A stretch of DNA of 64,000 nt, taken from a virus. Shown here in pieces: positions 9,219 to 19,300 of this stretch. The notes below the pieces were generated by a model. It saw nothing but the letters and a program-made list of their open reading frames with translations. It was not told the DNA's origin and did no database searches. The DNA lies in UHGV virus genome UHGV-0112973; one strand, 5' to 3'. The stretch's first letter is position 1, and each line of letters starts with the position of its first letter. Position numbers and translations under genes: made by a program.

Positions 9219-10415
9219 TCAGTTAGATCTGATAAATTCAATACGGTCAAAAACTGCTTTAGCAAAATCTTCCGCGGCAATTCGCGCGTTCTTCAATGCA
9301 TCAGCACTACCAACATACGTTGCCGGGTTAGCTGAAATAACAGTGTCAAAAGACTCGCCGCAGCGTTCAAAACCGTCAAGGCGAGGGAGGACGACATCAA
9401 GCATATCCCCACCGAACACTTCTTTAGCCAGGCTATGGCAATACTTATGGTCTGCCTTGTTACTCAACTTGGACATAAAACCAATGTTAGTCGCAAGCTG
9501 GCACTCGCAGCCTTCATCCGAAATGAGTTTCACCAACTCAGGAAGGCGGGCAACGTATTTAAGCGATGAGTGGAAATCAACCGTTGCAGGCGGCAGAGGT
9601 GTAAACAGTATATTGGCCGAGGCCAAAGCATTTTTCAGGAAGGCGTCAAGGTGAGGACCACTATCAACGAGGATAAAGTCATAATCGCTCTTCAGCTTAT
9701 CAATCACATTTTCTTTCAGGACAGCATGGATGTTCTGACCCGGTAGATGCTCATTGCACAGCTCTCTCCAATCGGATGCAATAAAGGCATCGTCAATCGA
9801 CGCAGGCATAACGTCAACCCCAGGTACAACAGAAGGAACAATAAACTCCTCTAACAGCTCTTCACGGCTTACATTCTGCAACATAGCCTGTGCAGATGTT
9901 GCGTTTACGATACCAATAGAGTGTTTATGGCTTAAAAACATCGTTGCTGAAGATTGCGGATCAAGGTCAATAACCAGAATCCTTAAATCTTCCATCAGAA
10001 GATGAGGATGAGCACGCATTGCATGCGCCAGAGAAACCGTCGATACAGTTTTTGACACACCGCCTTTAAGATTGGAGATGAAAATCACATACGCTTCGCT
10101 GTAGCGATCCCGGTATTTTGGCACTCCGCGATGTTCATATATGTCAATGATGTTCTGAATTGACATCGCATATTTCATTGAAGAGCCAGCAGGGCGTTTA
10201 TCGAAAACATAACCCTTTTCTTCCATTTCACTTACGGCATAGTCAACGTTCGCACGAGTCAGTAGAGGCAATTTTGCCAGTGCCGCTTTCGCATAGACCT
10301 GGTAAAACTCGTTCGCGTGTAGCTCATCCTTTTGCAACTGTACTTGTTCAGTCAGAACATTGAGCATTCTATTTGCTCTTTGAGCAACCTTGTGAAGCTG
10401 GCTGGAATCACTCAT
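9219..10415 (-). CDS. parA: plasmid partition ATPase ParA
   Basis: 398 aa; recognised as P1 ParA (KGGVSKT Walker A, N-terminal regulatory domain). Confidence 0.96.
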   Translation of the reverse strand: MSDSSQLHKVAQRANRMLNVLTEQVQLQKDELHANEFYQVYAKAALAKLPLLTRANVDYAVSEMEEKGYVFDKRPAGSSMKYAMSIQNIIDIYEHRGVPKYRDRYSEAYVIFISNLKGGVSKTVSTVSLAHAMRAHPHLLMEDLRILVIDLDPQSSATMFLSHKHSIGIVNATSAQAMLQNVSREELLEEFIVPSVVPGVDVMPASIDDAFIASDWRELCNEHLPGQNIHAVLKENVIDKLKSDYDFILVDSGPHLDAFLKNALASANILFTPLPPATVDFHSSLKYVARLPELVKLISDEGCECQLATNIGFMSKLSNKADHKYCHSLAKEVFGGDMLDVVLPRLDGFERCGESFDTVISANPATYVGSADALKNARIAAEDFAKAVFDRIEFIRSN

Positions 10416-10500
10416 CGAAAGTCATCCTTTATGCTGTATTTTTGAATTTAATTAAAAATGCTGCATAAAATAATAATGTATGCGTAGATGCTTGTACATA
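10416..10500 (-). promoter_or_regulatory. parA promoter/operator region
   Basis: AT-rich region immediately upstream of parA; position as in P1 par operon. Confidence 0.4.
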
Positions 10501-10554
10501 GCATTCTCTGCATGTTTGGTTCATTTTGCACGATTGAGAGTTACAAGGAGGGCA

Positions 10555-10576
10555 CAAAAAAGCCCCGTTCAGGGGC
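10555..10576 (-). terminator. rho-independent terminator downstream of the T5orf172-like gene
   Basis: gcccc-gttca-ggggc hairpin followed by U-run on the minus strand. Confidence 0.55.
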
Positions 10577-10583
10577 ATCAGTG

Positions 10584-11393
10584 TTATTTGCTAAGAGCAG
10601 CGAATAATCGTTCGAAATCGATAGTATCTATAGCACGCGTAAGCGCCGGAAGTTCAGCCTCAAAGTACCCGTGTCGATCGTAAAAGAAGGGACCGAAGAG
10701 CGAGGCATGTTGGATTCTACTTCGCCCCAGCCCGGACACACAGTTAAGCCCATTACCGGCTAAAAGGCTAAAAAACTTCTCTGGATTATCGTGGTAAAGC
10801 TGGGAATCAATGGTGGCGGTTAACTCTTCCATAGGGAAGCACACCCGCCTTGTCTCCCAGGGATATTTAGTCCGAAGCATAAACATTGCTTTCAGCAATT
10901 CACATTGAGCGCGGATCGCGTCCGGTTCATAGCCAGATATGGAGACATAAGCCACGTCCCTCATTCCTGCGTCATCTTTGAAAGTCACGATAGAAGTAAC
11001 ATCCAGCTCTTTTTCGAAAGAGCGAGCAGCATCTACTGGACGCTGAAGTAAATCATTCGACTTAATGCGCTCGAGAATCCCTCCCCACATATCATTTAGA
11101 TATTCGATATGAGCCAAAACCTTATCAAGACACTCTCGTGTAAACCATTCAGTATGCCCGCCACCGGCGCTTTTCTCCCACGGCGCATTCCAGGGGAAAA
11201 AGGTTGCGTGTAAAGCCCGCTCAAGATTAACTATTGCCAAACGCGTACCACGATAGACCCGTGAAAGCGCAAAATCGGGACTCACTTGTAGCCCTTTAAA
11301 CCGTGCCAATGGACCACATGAAATGCCGATTTTAAAAGTATCTCCATTCTCCGGCACCAGAACGTAGAGGTAGTGTTGTTTCTCTTCTTGCAT
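10584..11393 (-). CDS. T5orf172/GIY-YIG-like domain protein with uncharacterised C-terminal domain
   Basis: 269 aa; N-terminus YLYVLVPENGDTFKIGIS...ARFKGLQ...LERALHATF...GGHTEWF fits the T5orf172 pattern. Confidence 0.6.
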   Translation of the reverse strand: MQEEKQHYLYVLVPENGDTFKIGISCGPLARFKGLQVSPDFALSRVYRGTRLAIVNLERALHATFFPWNAPWEKSAGGGHTEWFTRECLDKVLAHIEYLNDMWGGILERIKSNDLLQRPVDAARSFEKELDVTSIVTFKDDAGMRDVAYVSISGYEPDAIRAQCELLKAMFMLRTKYPWETRRVCFPMEELTATIDSQLYHDNPEKFFSLLAGNGLNCVSGLGRSRIQHASLFGPFFYDRHGYFEAELPALTRAIDTIDFERLFAALSK

Positions 11394-11424
11394 ATCAATA
11401 CCACTGCTTGATGAGAACCGCGCA

Positions 11425-11690
11425 AATGTTGACTATGCGCGAAAGTTAATGTGAATAGTTGACTATGCGCGATGTGACTACAGTCAAAAGTTGACTGTAG
11501 TCGATTTAACTCCACCAAAGATCGACTATGTAAGATATTGTCGGGAGAAACGTTGACTATACGCGATGAAATGACCCTAAAAGCCATCTCAATAGCGACT
11601 TGCAGAATATTGACGCCAGCAAAAATCCACCAGCGTCAACGAATGTCGCCTATAGTCAACTTCTCGCTATCGCATATAGTCAATATTATG
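11425..11690. repeat. incA-like iteron array downstream of repA
   Basis: About 8 copies of GTTGACTATGCGCGA-like repeats in both orientations. Confidence 0.8.
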
Positions 11691-12570
11691 GATTGCGCTT
11701 ATGGATCTGGAAGCCGATTTTCCTGCCGTTTTTTATTTCTGAAAATTTAAGATATTCAATAGCTTCCAAATCTTTCATGGCTTTTCTGATAACGCTATTT
11801 TGCACGCTAACGGATGATTTGAGATTAAGCCTTGCTCTAAGGCGCTCAATGCTGACAGGTGCCGGGTTGGCGGGTAGAGCCTCAAAGAATGTATACAGTA
11901 CCTTGGCCGTCTCTTTGCGCCCGAGCTTATCCAGCATCTTCAGCTTCAGGATTCGCTTATAGTCAACATAGTAAAGTTCAGATAGCTGTTTCTGCGGCTG
12001 GATCTCGATAACATCAAGCTCGGTATTCAGGCTGCTATATGCCAACAAGTTGACGTTAATGTTATTGAGATGACCTTTTGCCGCCGGGAAGCGGAATTTG
12101 ACAACTGTCTGCTGAATGCGTGTCAGAGAGTCATCAATACTTTTACGGAACGCCTTTGAAAGGCGCTTACGTGGATAGCCGCATCGATCGGCAAACTCGG
12201 AGAATGGCAGGGTGATTATGCCGTCATCATCAGGTGCGTAGTCAAACAACGCGGAGGTTATGCCCACCCACACCTTAAAATCAGTATCCATATCCAGGCG
12301 TGGGCCATGAATTTCAATTCCCTCATAGCCTTCCTGCTCAACAATTTTAAGGCTTGATAGTTCTTCGGTTGCGTTCGTTGTGTTTGTAGTAACTGACGAT
12401 CCGCGACGTAGTGCCACATTGGTAGATTTTAAGGTTGGCACAAACACACCTAAGCGCAACAAAGCGATAGGTTGTATAGTGCTGTTGTTATTGGGCTTCA
12501 GGCTGTGGATTTCTCCTGTATTTCCTGCAACTTCTTCAACGCTAAGGAAGCCTTTACTTTCTTCCGGCAT
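11686..12570 (-). CDS. repA: plasmid replication initiator RepA (P1 RepA family, divergent sequence)
   Basis: 294 aa; conserved core ...GPRLDMDTDFK..., flanked by iteron arrays. Confidence 0.85.
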   Translation of the reverse strand: MPEESKGFLSVEEVAGNTGEIHSLKPNNNSTIQPIALLRLGVFVPTLKSTNVALRRGSSVTTNTTNATEELSSLKIVEQEGYEGIEIHGPRLDMDTDFKVWVGITSALFDYAPDDDGIITLPFSEFADRCGYPRKRLSKAFRKSIDDSLTRIQQTVVKFRFPAAKGHLNNINVNLLAYSSLNTELDVIEIQPQKQLSELYYVDYKRILKLKMLDKLGRKETAKVLYTFFEALPANPAPVSIERLRARLNLKSSVSVQNSVIRKAMKDLEAIEYLKFSEIKNGRKIGFQIHKRNP

Positions 12571-12651
12571 CGTGGTTTCTCCATGTGTGGCGCGGCCTGG
12601 CGTTAATTTAGATGACTGTTATCAACAGCTGTGAATATTCAGGCTCTAAAA

Positions 12652-12751
12652 TCGCGTACAGTCAACGTTTCTGTCGCGTATAGTCAACAATAAATCGCGT
12701 GCAGTCAACATAAAATCGCACACAGTCAACATAAAATCGCGTATAGTCAAT
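12652..12751. repeat. oriR/incC: five direct iterons at about 21-bp spacing upstream of repA
   Basis: TCGCGTACAGTCAAC, TCGCGTATAGTCAAC, TCGCGTGCAGTCAAC, TCGCACACAGTCAAC, TCGCGTATAGTCAAT. Confidence 0.85.
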
Positions 12752-12759
12752 GTTGATCC

Positions 12760-12865
12760 CGTTTCAGGCCATGAACGGCGCGGCTTACAGCGATCCGGGA
12801 TCTTCTTTGGATCTTCCTGGGTTCTCTTTGGGATCTGTTTATTGGATCTATGCTGTGGATAAGTT
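12760..12865. promoter_or_regulatory. origin-associated GATC cluster and DnaA box
   Basis: Six GATC sites within about 90 bp and TGTGGATAA DnaA box, as in P1 oriR. Confidence 0.7.
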
Positions 12866-12904
12866 GAATAAACCGGCCAACATAGCCGGTTGGAAGGAAG
12901 GGTA

Positions 12905-13297
12905 TTATTCTACGCTTTCGATAAGAAGACCATGTTCATAACATTTAAGCTCATCGCCTTCGTACAGGAATTGGTATCCAATACCACCATTTTCATGGAC
13001 ATTAGGGAATAACTCATAACTCACTGAAGAGCAAATCACACCTATGCAGCGATCAACGCCTTCTCGTTCTTCAGTGCTGAAAAAATCCTCTTCGGTAAGA
13101 ACATGAGTACATTGCTCATCAGCATAGGTCGGAAATACATGCTCAATGCAATCCGGGTGTTTTAAACCAAGCTGAGCGGCAAGCTCGAAAGCATGACGGT
13201 ATTGTTCAGATCCTGGCTTGCCAACAGTGATGTGCTCAATTTTGTAGATTGAAGTCGCTTTGTTGATAGTTTGCTTAACTGTTACTTTATCAGACAT
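12905..13297 (-). CDS. hypothetical protein (P1 upfA position)
   Basis: 130 aa ORF; synteny only. Confidence 0.45.
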   Translation of the reverse strand: MSDKVTVKQTINKATSIYKIEHITVGKPGSEQYRHAFELAAQLGLKHPDCIEHVFPTYADEQCTHVLTEEDFFSTEEREGVDRCIGVICSSVSYELFPNVHENGGIGYQFLYEGDELKCYEHGLLIESVE

Positions 13298-13308
13298 AAA
13301 AATCCCTT

Positions 13309-13635
13309 TTAGTTACCGCTGATAGCGCGGTTGTAATCATTAACGTTGCGATTCTTCCTGTTAATCCCCATCAGCATCGTTTCTGTATCGAGGATATACG
13401 CTGGCAGATCATCAAAATATTCACTGCTAAACTCCGGCATCCTGCACATAAATGCACTTTTGGGGGCAGGGTGGTTAACCTTTGTCGGCGTTAAATTCGC
13501 TGATCGACTCCCGGAGCAACCGCTGAGTGTCAGCAGGAATGCGCTGGCGAACATTACCCGCCGCAACCAGTTGTTTCTGAACTTCAGCTTTTCGTTCCAT
13601 TTGCCTGTCAGCATACTTGGCTTGCTCTGATTCAT
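13309..13635 (-). CDS. small lipoprotein (P1 mlp position); true start probably the internal Met at 13554
   Basis: Signal peptide plus lipobox LTLSGC; ORF overlaps next gene unless internal start is used. Confidence 0.55.
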   Translation of the reverse strand: MNQSKPSMLTGKWNEKLKFRNNWLRRVMFASAFLLTLSGCSGSRSANLTPTKVNHPAPKSAFMCRMPEFSSEYFDDLPAYILDTETMLMGINRKNRNVNDYNRAISGN

Positions 13636-13918
13636 TTTTCACTTCCTGGCTGTGAAAATGTTGCTCTGCTTTGTTCATCGTCTCAATGGTCTGGTTAAGA
13701 TCCATTATTGACTTATCACGTTCCTTAACAGCCTGATCAAGACTGCCAATTTTCTCTATGGCTTGCTTTAGCTGATGACGTTCCCATGCAAACCCAGCAC
13801 CAACAAGTGCGCAAATCAGAACAAGAACACCAGTAGCAGCAAGTTTCTCCTTCAAAGACAAAGCTGTTTTTAACGTAGAAAAGAATGACATGTCTTCCTC
13901 CTGAAGAAAAATTATCAA
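13475..13918 (-). CDS. membrane-anchored coiled-coil protein (P1 ppfA position)
   Basis: 147 aa; one N-terminal TM helix then charged helical region. Confidence 0.5.
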   Translation of the reverse strand: MIIFLQEEDMSFFSTLKTALSLKEKLAATGVLVLICALVGAGFAWERHQLKQAIEKIGSLDQAVKERDKSIMDLNQTIETMNKAEQHFHSQEVKNESEQAKYADRQMERKAEVQKQLVAAGNVRQRIPADTQRLLRESISEFNADKG

Positions 13919-13930
13919 TGAAGTCCTTTG

Positions 13931-14719
13931 TTACTGTGCCGCTTTGTTTAATTCATCAAGAACAGAATCAGGAACCAAAGCAGCAACTGCGCTGGCTGTG
14001 CTGGCCTTATTTGCTGATGCTTCCGCAAGCGCGGTACCGATAGCATGGCCATAAGCAGTTATGGCTACGTTGGCGCTTTCATTCGCTCGTTCATACTGCT
14101 GTTGTAACGCAGTTGTGGGCGCTGTTGTCTGGTTGAAAACAACCCCAAACTGTTCAGTTGCTACTTTCAGAGATTCAATTTGCTCTTCTGTTAGTGTTGG
14201 TGGGGGAGTGGCAGTGCCGCCGCCTGAACCAGAGCCTGACGAGCTTACTGAGCCAGTGTTAAGGGTCTGGTTAATCTCCCCCATAGCAGCGACTAAACTT
14301 GATGTATTAAGCGCGTTAACAGCGTCCTCAAGCGATTTAGTAATATTCACATCACCAATGGCAATAGAGATCGGCAGTTCTGAAACTTCTCGCTCATTAG
14401 CACGGCAGTAAACATCCCAACCAATATCGAGTTGAAGCAGCATTGACAGATCTGCATAACCAGCCAACAGGTCCGCGTGCTTAGTTGCCAGTTCTCCAAT
14501 GTTCGTTAAGCCGGTTGTGGTTGTTCTTATCGTTGAAACATAGCAGGTAATAGTGTCGGGATAGACAATTGTATCCAGAATTAATCCGGTCAATTCTTCT
14601 GCAAGCAGTTTTGCTGTGTTAGCACAGTTTCGTGCCGATGTTATGGCACCAGGTGTTTTCATCCCACCGGCGGCGGCCAATTTTTTATATGCGGATAACT
14701 GGTAGTCTTTTTCCAGCAT
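13931..14719 (-). CDS. hypothetical protein (P1 upfB position); start set at Met with AGGAG RBS
   Basis: Track ORF 13931..14776 trimmed to ATG at 14719 preceded by aggag. Confidence 0.5.
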   Translation of the reverse strand: MLEKDYQLSAYKKLAAAGGMKTPGAITSARNCANTAKLLAEELTGLILDTIVYPDTITCYVSTIRTTTTGLTNIGELATKHADLLAGYADLSMLLQLDIGWDVYCRANEREVSELPISIAIGDVNITKSLEDAVNALNTSSLVAAMGEINQTLNTGSVSSSGSGSGGGTATPPPTLTEEQIESLKVATEQFGVVFNQTTAPTTALQQQYERANESANVAITAYGHAIGTALAEASANKASTASAVAALVPDSVLDELNKAAQ

Positions 14720-14727
14720 GATATCTC

Positions 14728-15012
14728 CTAACTTACCTGAACCAGGCCGTCTCCGGACGCTACGGTAGATCCGCATGAAACAGGGTCACCAACGCATACG
14801 ATCCCTTTACTATTGACGGTAAACCATGCCCTGGTTGATATAGCTTGCCCACCGTGCGTACTGTTTCCATCGGTATGCTGTGCATATTGCTTACCATCAA
14901 CTAACACTTCGACTCCGTTGACTTTAAGTAGTGGTTCACTCTCTACAGGAGGCCTGGATGGGAATCCTCCGTGCCCCGAACAAATGCTGTCTTTTGTTGC
15001 AATACTTGCCAC
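14728..15012 (-). CDS. small Gly/Cys-rich protein, possibly PAAR-like (P1 upfC position)
   Basis: 94 aa; ...GIVCVGDPVSCGSTVASGDGLVQVS resembles PAAR repeats. Confidence 0.4.
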   Translation of the reverse strand: MASIATKDSICSGHGGFPSRPPVESEPLLKVNGVEVLVDGKQYAQHTDGNSTHGGQAISTRAWFTVNSKGIVCVGDPVSCGSTVASGDGLVQVS

Positions 15013-15092
15013 GGCATCACCAATAATTTGCTCTGGTTTTCTTTATTTTAACTTAGGTTACTTGTGGTCTACATGGCGTCAACTATTGCATA

Positions 15093-15109
15093 ATTGCCCT
15101 AATAAATAT
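15093..15109 (+). promoter_or_regulatory. C1-operator-like site in divergent promoter region
   Basis: ATTGCCCTAATAAATAT vs remembered consensus ATTGCTCTAATAAATTT. Confidence 0.4.
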
Positions 15110-15180
15110 TGTTTTTTATGTCTTGTTTTCGGTACCATTCAGCCATCGCCCTTCAATGGGTATTTGTTTGGAGTCGTCAG

Positions 15181-15465
15181 ATGCAGATGGAGCTAATAAG
15201 TCGCAAAGAGTTCGATAGCCGTGTAACCAGCGGTGAACTCGACAACTTGCAGGCTATCAAGGTGAAAGAAGGCTTTTGCCTCATTGGGAATCAGAGCGGA
15301 ACAAATCGCGTTTTTATGCTTCGCCGTACGGATTTGAAGCCATTTGTCTGGAAGAACGAAATTGGTCCCAGCTCATACGCTCAAACGAGGGGGTGCCACA
15401 ACCTGGCATTTTTCTACAAAGACGAGCTTTCTGTGGTTGATATTCAAGGGTTACAACATGTTTAA
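15181..15465 (+). CDS. hypothetical protein upstream of hrdC (uhr position)
   Basis: ORF ends with TAA overlapping hrdC start; start codon uncertain. Confidence 0.45.
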   Translation: MQMELISRKEFDSRVTSGELDNLQAIKVKEGFCLIGNQSGTNRVFMLRRTDLKPFVWKNEIGPSSYAQTRGCHNLAFFYKDELSVVDIQGLQHV

Positions 15466-16363
15466 GCACTGGAAAAACATTACTATTTATAAACTTTCTC
15501 GTGAGGCGGATCTGACCGACTTAGAAGATAAAAAGAAAATGATCCTTTTCACGCCATGCGGTAGTCAGGATATGGCCAAGTTCGGTTTTGTATCTCCATT
15601 TGGTGATAATTCCGAAGTTATCGCTATGCATGGAAATGGTTTTATCCTTGTTGAAGCAAAGCGCGAAACAAAAATTCTTCCCCCGCCGGTTATCCAGCGA
15701 GCTATTCAAGAAAAAATTGAAAAACTTGAGCAAGAACAAGCGCGTAAACTGAAGAAAACAGAGAAGGACTCCCTGAAAGACGAAGTTCTGCATTCTCTTC
15801 TGCCACGGGCTTTTTCAAAGTTTTCTGTTATCCAGGCGATCTACGACGGTTCAACTAAACGTATCTATATCAATGCCAGCGCGCGGCAGGCAGAGGATAT
15901 GCTCGCGCTTATGCGTAAATCTCTGGGTTCTCTTCCTGTTGTGCCCCTAAGTGTTGAAAATCAAATTGAGTTAACGCTGACCGACTGGGTGCGTGATGGT
16001 AGTGCTCCGCAGGGATTTCAAATGGGGGATGCGGCAGAACTTAAGGCAGTGCTTGAGGATGGCGGTATTGCCCGAGTGAAAAAGCAGGACTTGGGAAGTG
16101 ATGAAATATCCACACACCTGGAAGCTGGCAAGCTCGTCACTAAGTTGGCACTCGACTGGCAGAACCGCATTAAATTTACACTGGACCATAACTTCAGCCT
16201 TACCAGCGTCAAATTTGCGGATGAATTGCTTGAGCAGAACGCTGATATTGATAGTGAAGATGTTGCGCAGCGACTGGACGCAGATTTCTTCCTGTTGACC
16301 AGTGAAATTTCGTGCCTGGTTGATGCTCTGGTAAATGCCCTTGGCGGAGAGGCTAAGCAGTGA
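15458..16363 (+). CDS. hrdC: RdgC-like recombination-associated protein
   Basis: 302 aa from [13 protein letters not shown]..., RdgC-like N-terminus and length; followed by dmt as in P1. Confidence 0.75.
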   Translation: MFKHWKNITIYKLSREADLTDLEDKKKMILFTPCGSQDMAKFGFVSPFGDNSEVIAMHGNGFILVEAKRETKILPPPVIQRAIQEKIEKLEQEQARKLKKTEKDSLKDEVLHSLLPRAFSKFSVIQAIYDGSTKRIYINASARQAEDMLALMRKSLGSLPVVPLSVENQIELTLTDWVRDGSAPQGFQMGDAAELKAVLEDGGIARVKKQDLGSDEISTHLEAGKLVTKLALDWQNRIKFTLDHNFSLTSVKFADELLEQNADIDSEDVAQRLDADFFLLTSEISCLVDALVNALGGEAKQ

Positions 16364-19300
16364 AAGAGCTGTGCTACGGATCTGTTTGCAGTGGAATTGA
16401 AGCCGCGAGTATTGCCTGGGAACCGTTGGGTATGCGTCCGGCGTGGTTTGCTGAAATCGAGCCTTTTCCATCTGCCGTTCTTGCGCTCCGCTGGCCCCAT
16501 GTCGCCAACCTTGGCGACATGACAAAACTTGCCAAAAAAGTCTTGGCTGGGGAAATCGAATCCCCTGACGTGCTCGTCGGGGGAACACCATGTTTTACCG
16601 CGGGGCATATGGTTCTTTGTAAAAATGGTTATAAACCAATAGAAGATGTTTGCCCTGGCGATTACGTAGTCAGTCATCTCGGGCGGTTACAACAAGTAAA
16701 AAGAGTTGGTTCAAAAATAGCTAATACGGGGTTACTTAATGCCGTTGGGCAGCCTTTAGGTATAAGAACAACCAATGACCATCCCTTCCTGGCTGTTCGG
16801 TGGAAAGCCCAAAACACCCGGAAAAATGGCACATATTTTAAGAGAGAGTTGTTGTCTGAACCGGAATGGCGAGCAGCATGTGATATGCCGGGATATCAAT
16901 GGTGCGCTCTAACTAATTTCAATATTGCATCTCCAGATATTTGTTCTCGGTTCTTGTCTGAAGAACAGGCTATGTATCTTGCGGGCGCTTATGTAGGCGA
17001 TGGATATATTAGGAGATGGAGAGGTAAATCTAAGAAGGCGGTTGTTTTTGGCATAAATTGCCAGAAATTGAGAAAGTTTCATTGCCACATACCAGAAAAC
17101 ATGTTTTCCGTGGCAAGCGAAATCCGAGGGAGCATCAAAGTAACCTTGAATGATACGTGTTATGCCAATTGGCTTAATGAACATTTTGGCGAGTTAAGCC
17201 ATGCTAAACGTATCCCTGCATGGGTGATGTCGCATCCATTGCGTCATGTGTTTTTACAAGGCTATCTTGATACTGATGGGACACCAAGTGGTAAAGCGGG
17301 ATTTAGAATTAATAGTGTTAGTCCTGCGCTTGCTTGGGGCGTTGCGGGGTTGTCACAGACTTGTGGTTATGTTTCTTCGGTCAGCTTTATTGAAGTTGAG
17401 CCCAAAAAAGTGATCGAGGATCGCGTGGTAAATCAACGGGATTATTATCAGGTAACAATCTGCCCGCAGAAATTGTCACGTAAATCAAGATTGGCTCATG
17501 GAATGCTTTTACGAACAGTCAAAGAGTTTAAATCGGTAGGCCTAGATACTGTATACAACATAGAAGTCGAAGGTGATCATTCCTATATCCTCAATGGTGC
17601 GGTGGTCCATAACTGTCAGGCATTCAGTATCGCGGGATTACGTGGTGGGCTTGATGATGAGCGTGGCGCGCTAACTTTAAAGTATGTGGAGCTTGCAAAT
17701 GCAATTGACGACAAACGGGCTGAGTCATTTCTCAAACCAGCCGTTATCGTCTGGGAAAATGTCCCAGGAGTCTTGTCATTGGCAGATAACGCCTTCGGAT
17801 GTTTCCTTGCCGGATTGGCTGGAGAAGATGTGCCATTTGAACCAGGTGATCGACCTGAATCAGGAAAAAGCAACGCGTTCTGGCGGTGGGATGGCAAAAC
17901 CGGTTGCCATGTTCCAAAGTGGCCGCAGTGTGGTTGTATTTATGGACCGCAGCGAAAGGTGGCCTGGAGAATCCTTGATGCCCAATACTTCGGAGTGGCA
18001 CAACGACGCCGACGCGTGTTTGTTGTCGCAAGTGCTCGAACAGACCTCGATCCCGCAACGGTACTTTTTGAGTTCGAAGGCGTGCGCCGGAATATTGCGC
18101 CGAGCCGAAAAAAGAAGGAAATCGCTTCCGCCATTATTGCAAATGGCGCTGCAATCAGTGGCGAAAGCCTAAATCCATGCCTACACGCTGGCATGTCTCC
18201 CGGTATGAAATCGACGAAAGCCGTAAACGGTTTCAGGATGGCGGCATTTGGGGAATATATTGACGATGAAACCGCATCGACAGTAAAGGCAAGAGATTTT
18301 AAAGATGCCACTGACCTTGCCGTTTTTAGCAGCACAGGAGCAGGTTTTTGGTCAGAAGGGCATGGTACATTGCGGGCACGTGAGCAAGAAAGCCATGAGC
18401 ATCTTGTTACATTGGCTTTTCCTGAGCGTATGAGCGGTACACAACATGCTGCAACTAAGAATACTTCACCATCTCTAATGGCTAAAAATCCAACAGCTGT
18501 TTGCTATGAAGTAAGAAACGCAGAAGTAGCTGTCCGCCGTCTTACCCCTGTCGAATGTGAAAGGCTGCAAGGTTTTCCTGATGGGCATACGTTGATCCCG
18601 ACGGAAAAGCGTAAAAAAGTTAATTCAGATGAACTGGCATATCTCCGCAATCACTATCCAGATTTAAGCGAAGAAGAGGCCGCGATGCTTGCAGCTGACG
18701 GACCGCGTTACAAAGCGATCGGCAATAGTATGGCAATACCAGTAATGCGCTGGATTGGCGATCGGATTACTAAGGCCGTATGTCGGCAGAAAGAAGGAAG
18801 TGAAACAAAAGAGCGAAAAGTTAAACCAGCGACAGAATTCGAACGGTCCATATTCAAATGGGCTGGTGGAAAATTTGGTGTTCTGGAACAAATCTTTCGC
18901 TATTTGCCAGAAGGGAAGCGCCTGATTGAACCTTTCGTCGGTGGTGGAGCTGTCTTCATGAATGCCGGATACCAGGAAAATCTGCTAAATGATGTGAATG
19001 CTGACCTGATTAACTTTTACAAGACTCTGCAACGCGAGGCGCATTCACTTATCACTCTGGCACATCGTTTCTTCCAGGACTACAACACACAGGAAGGATA
19101 CCTGGCAGTACGGAATGCGTTTAACAAACAAGTCTATGATGATTTACATCGCGCAGCGGCGTTTTTGTTCCTGAACCGACATTGTTTTAACGGATTGACG
19201 CGTTACAACCAGGCCGGTGAGTTCAATGTCGGTTATGGGAAGTATAAAACTCCGTATTTCCCATTACAGGAGATGGAAGCCTTCCTCGGTGCGGAAGGGC

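Noticed and set aside
16591-17613. dmt insertion considered as an IS element, group II intron or gene fusion
   Set aside because: It is in frame with no terminal repeats or transposase, and has the Cys start, HN end, +1 Cys and LAGLIDADG blocks of an intein.
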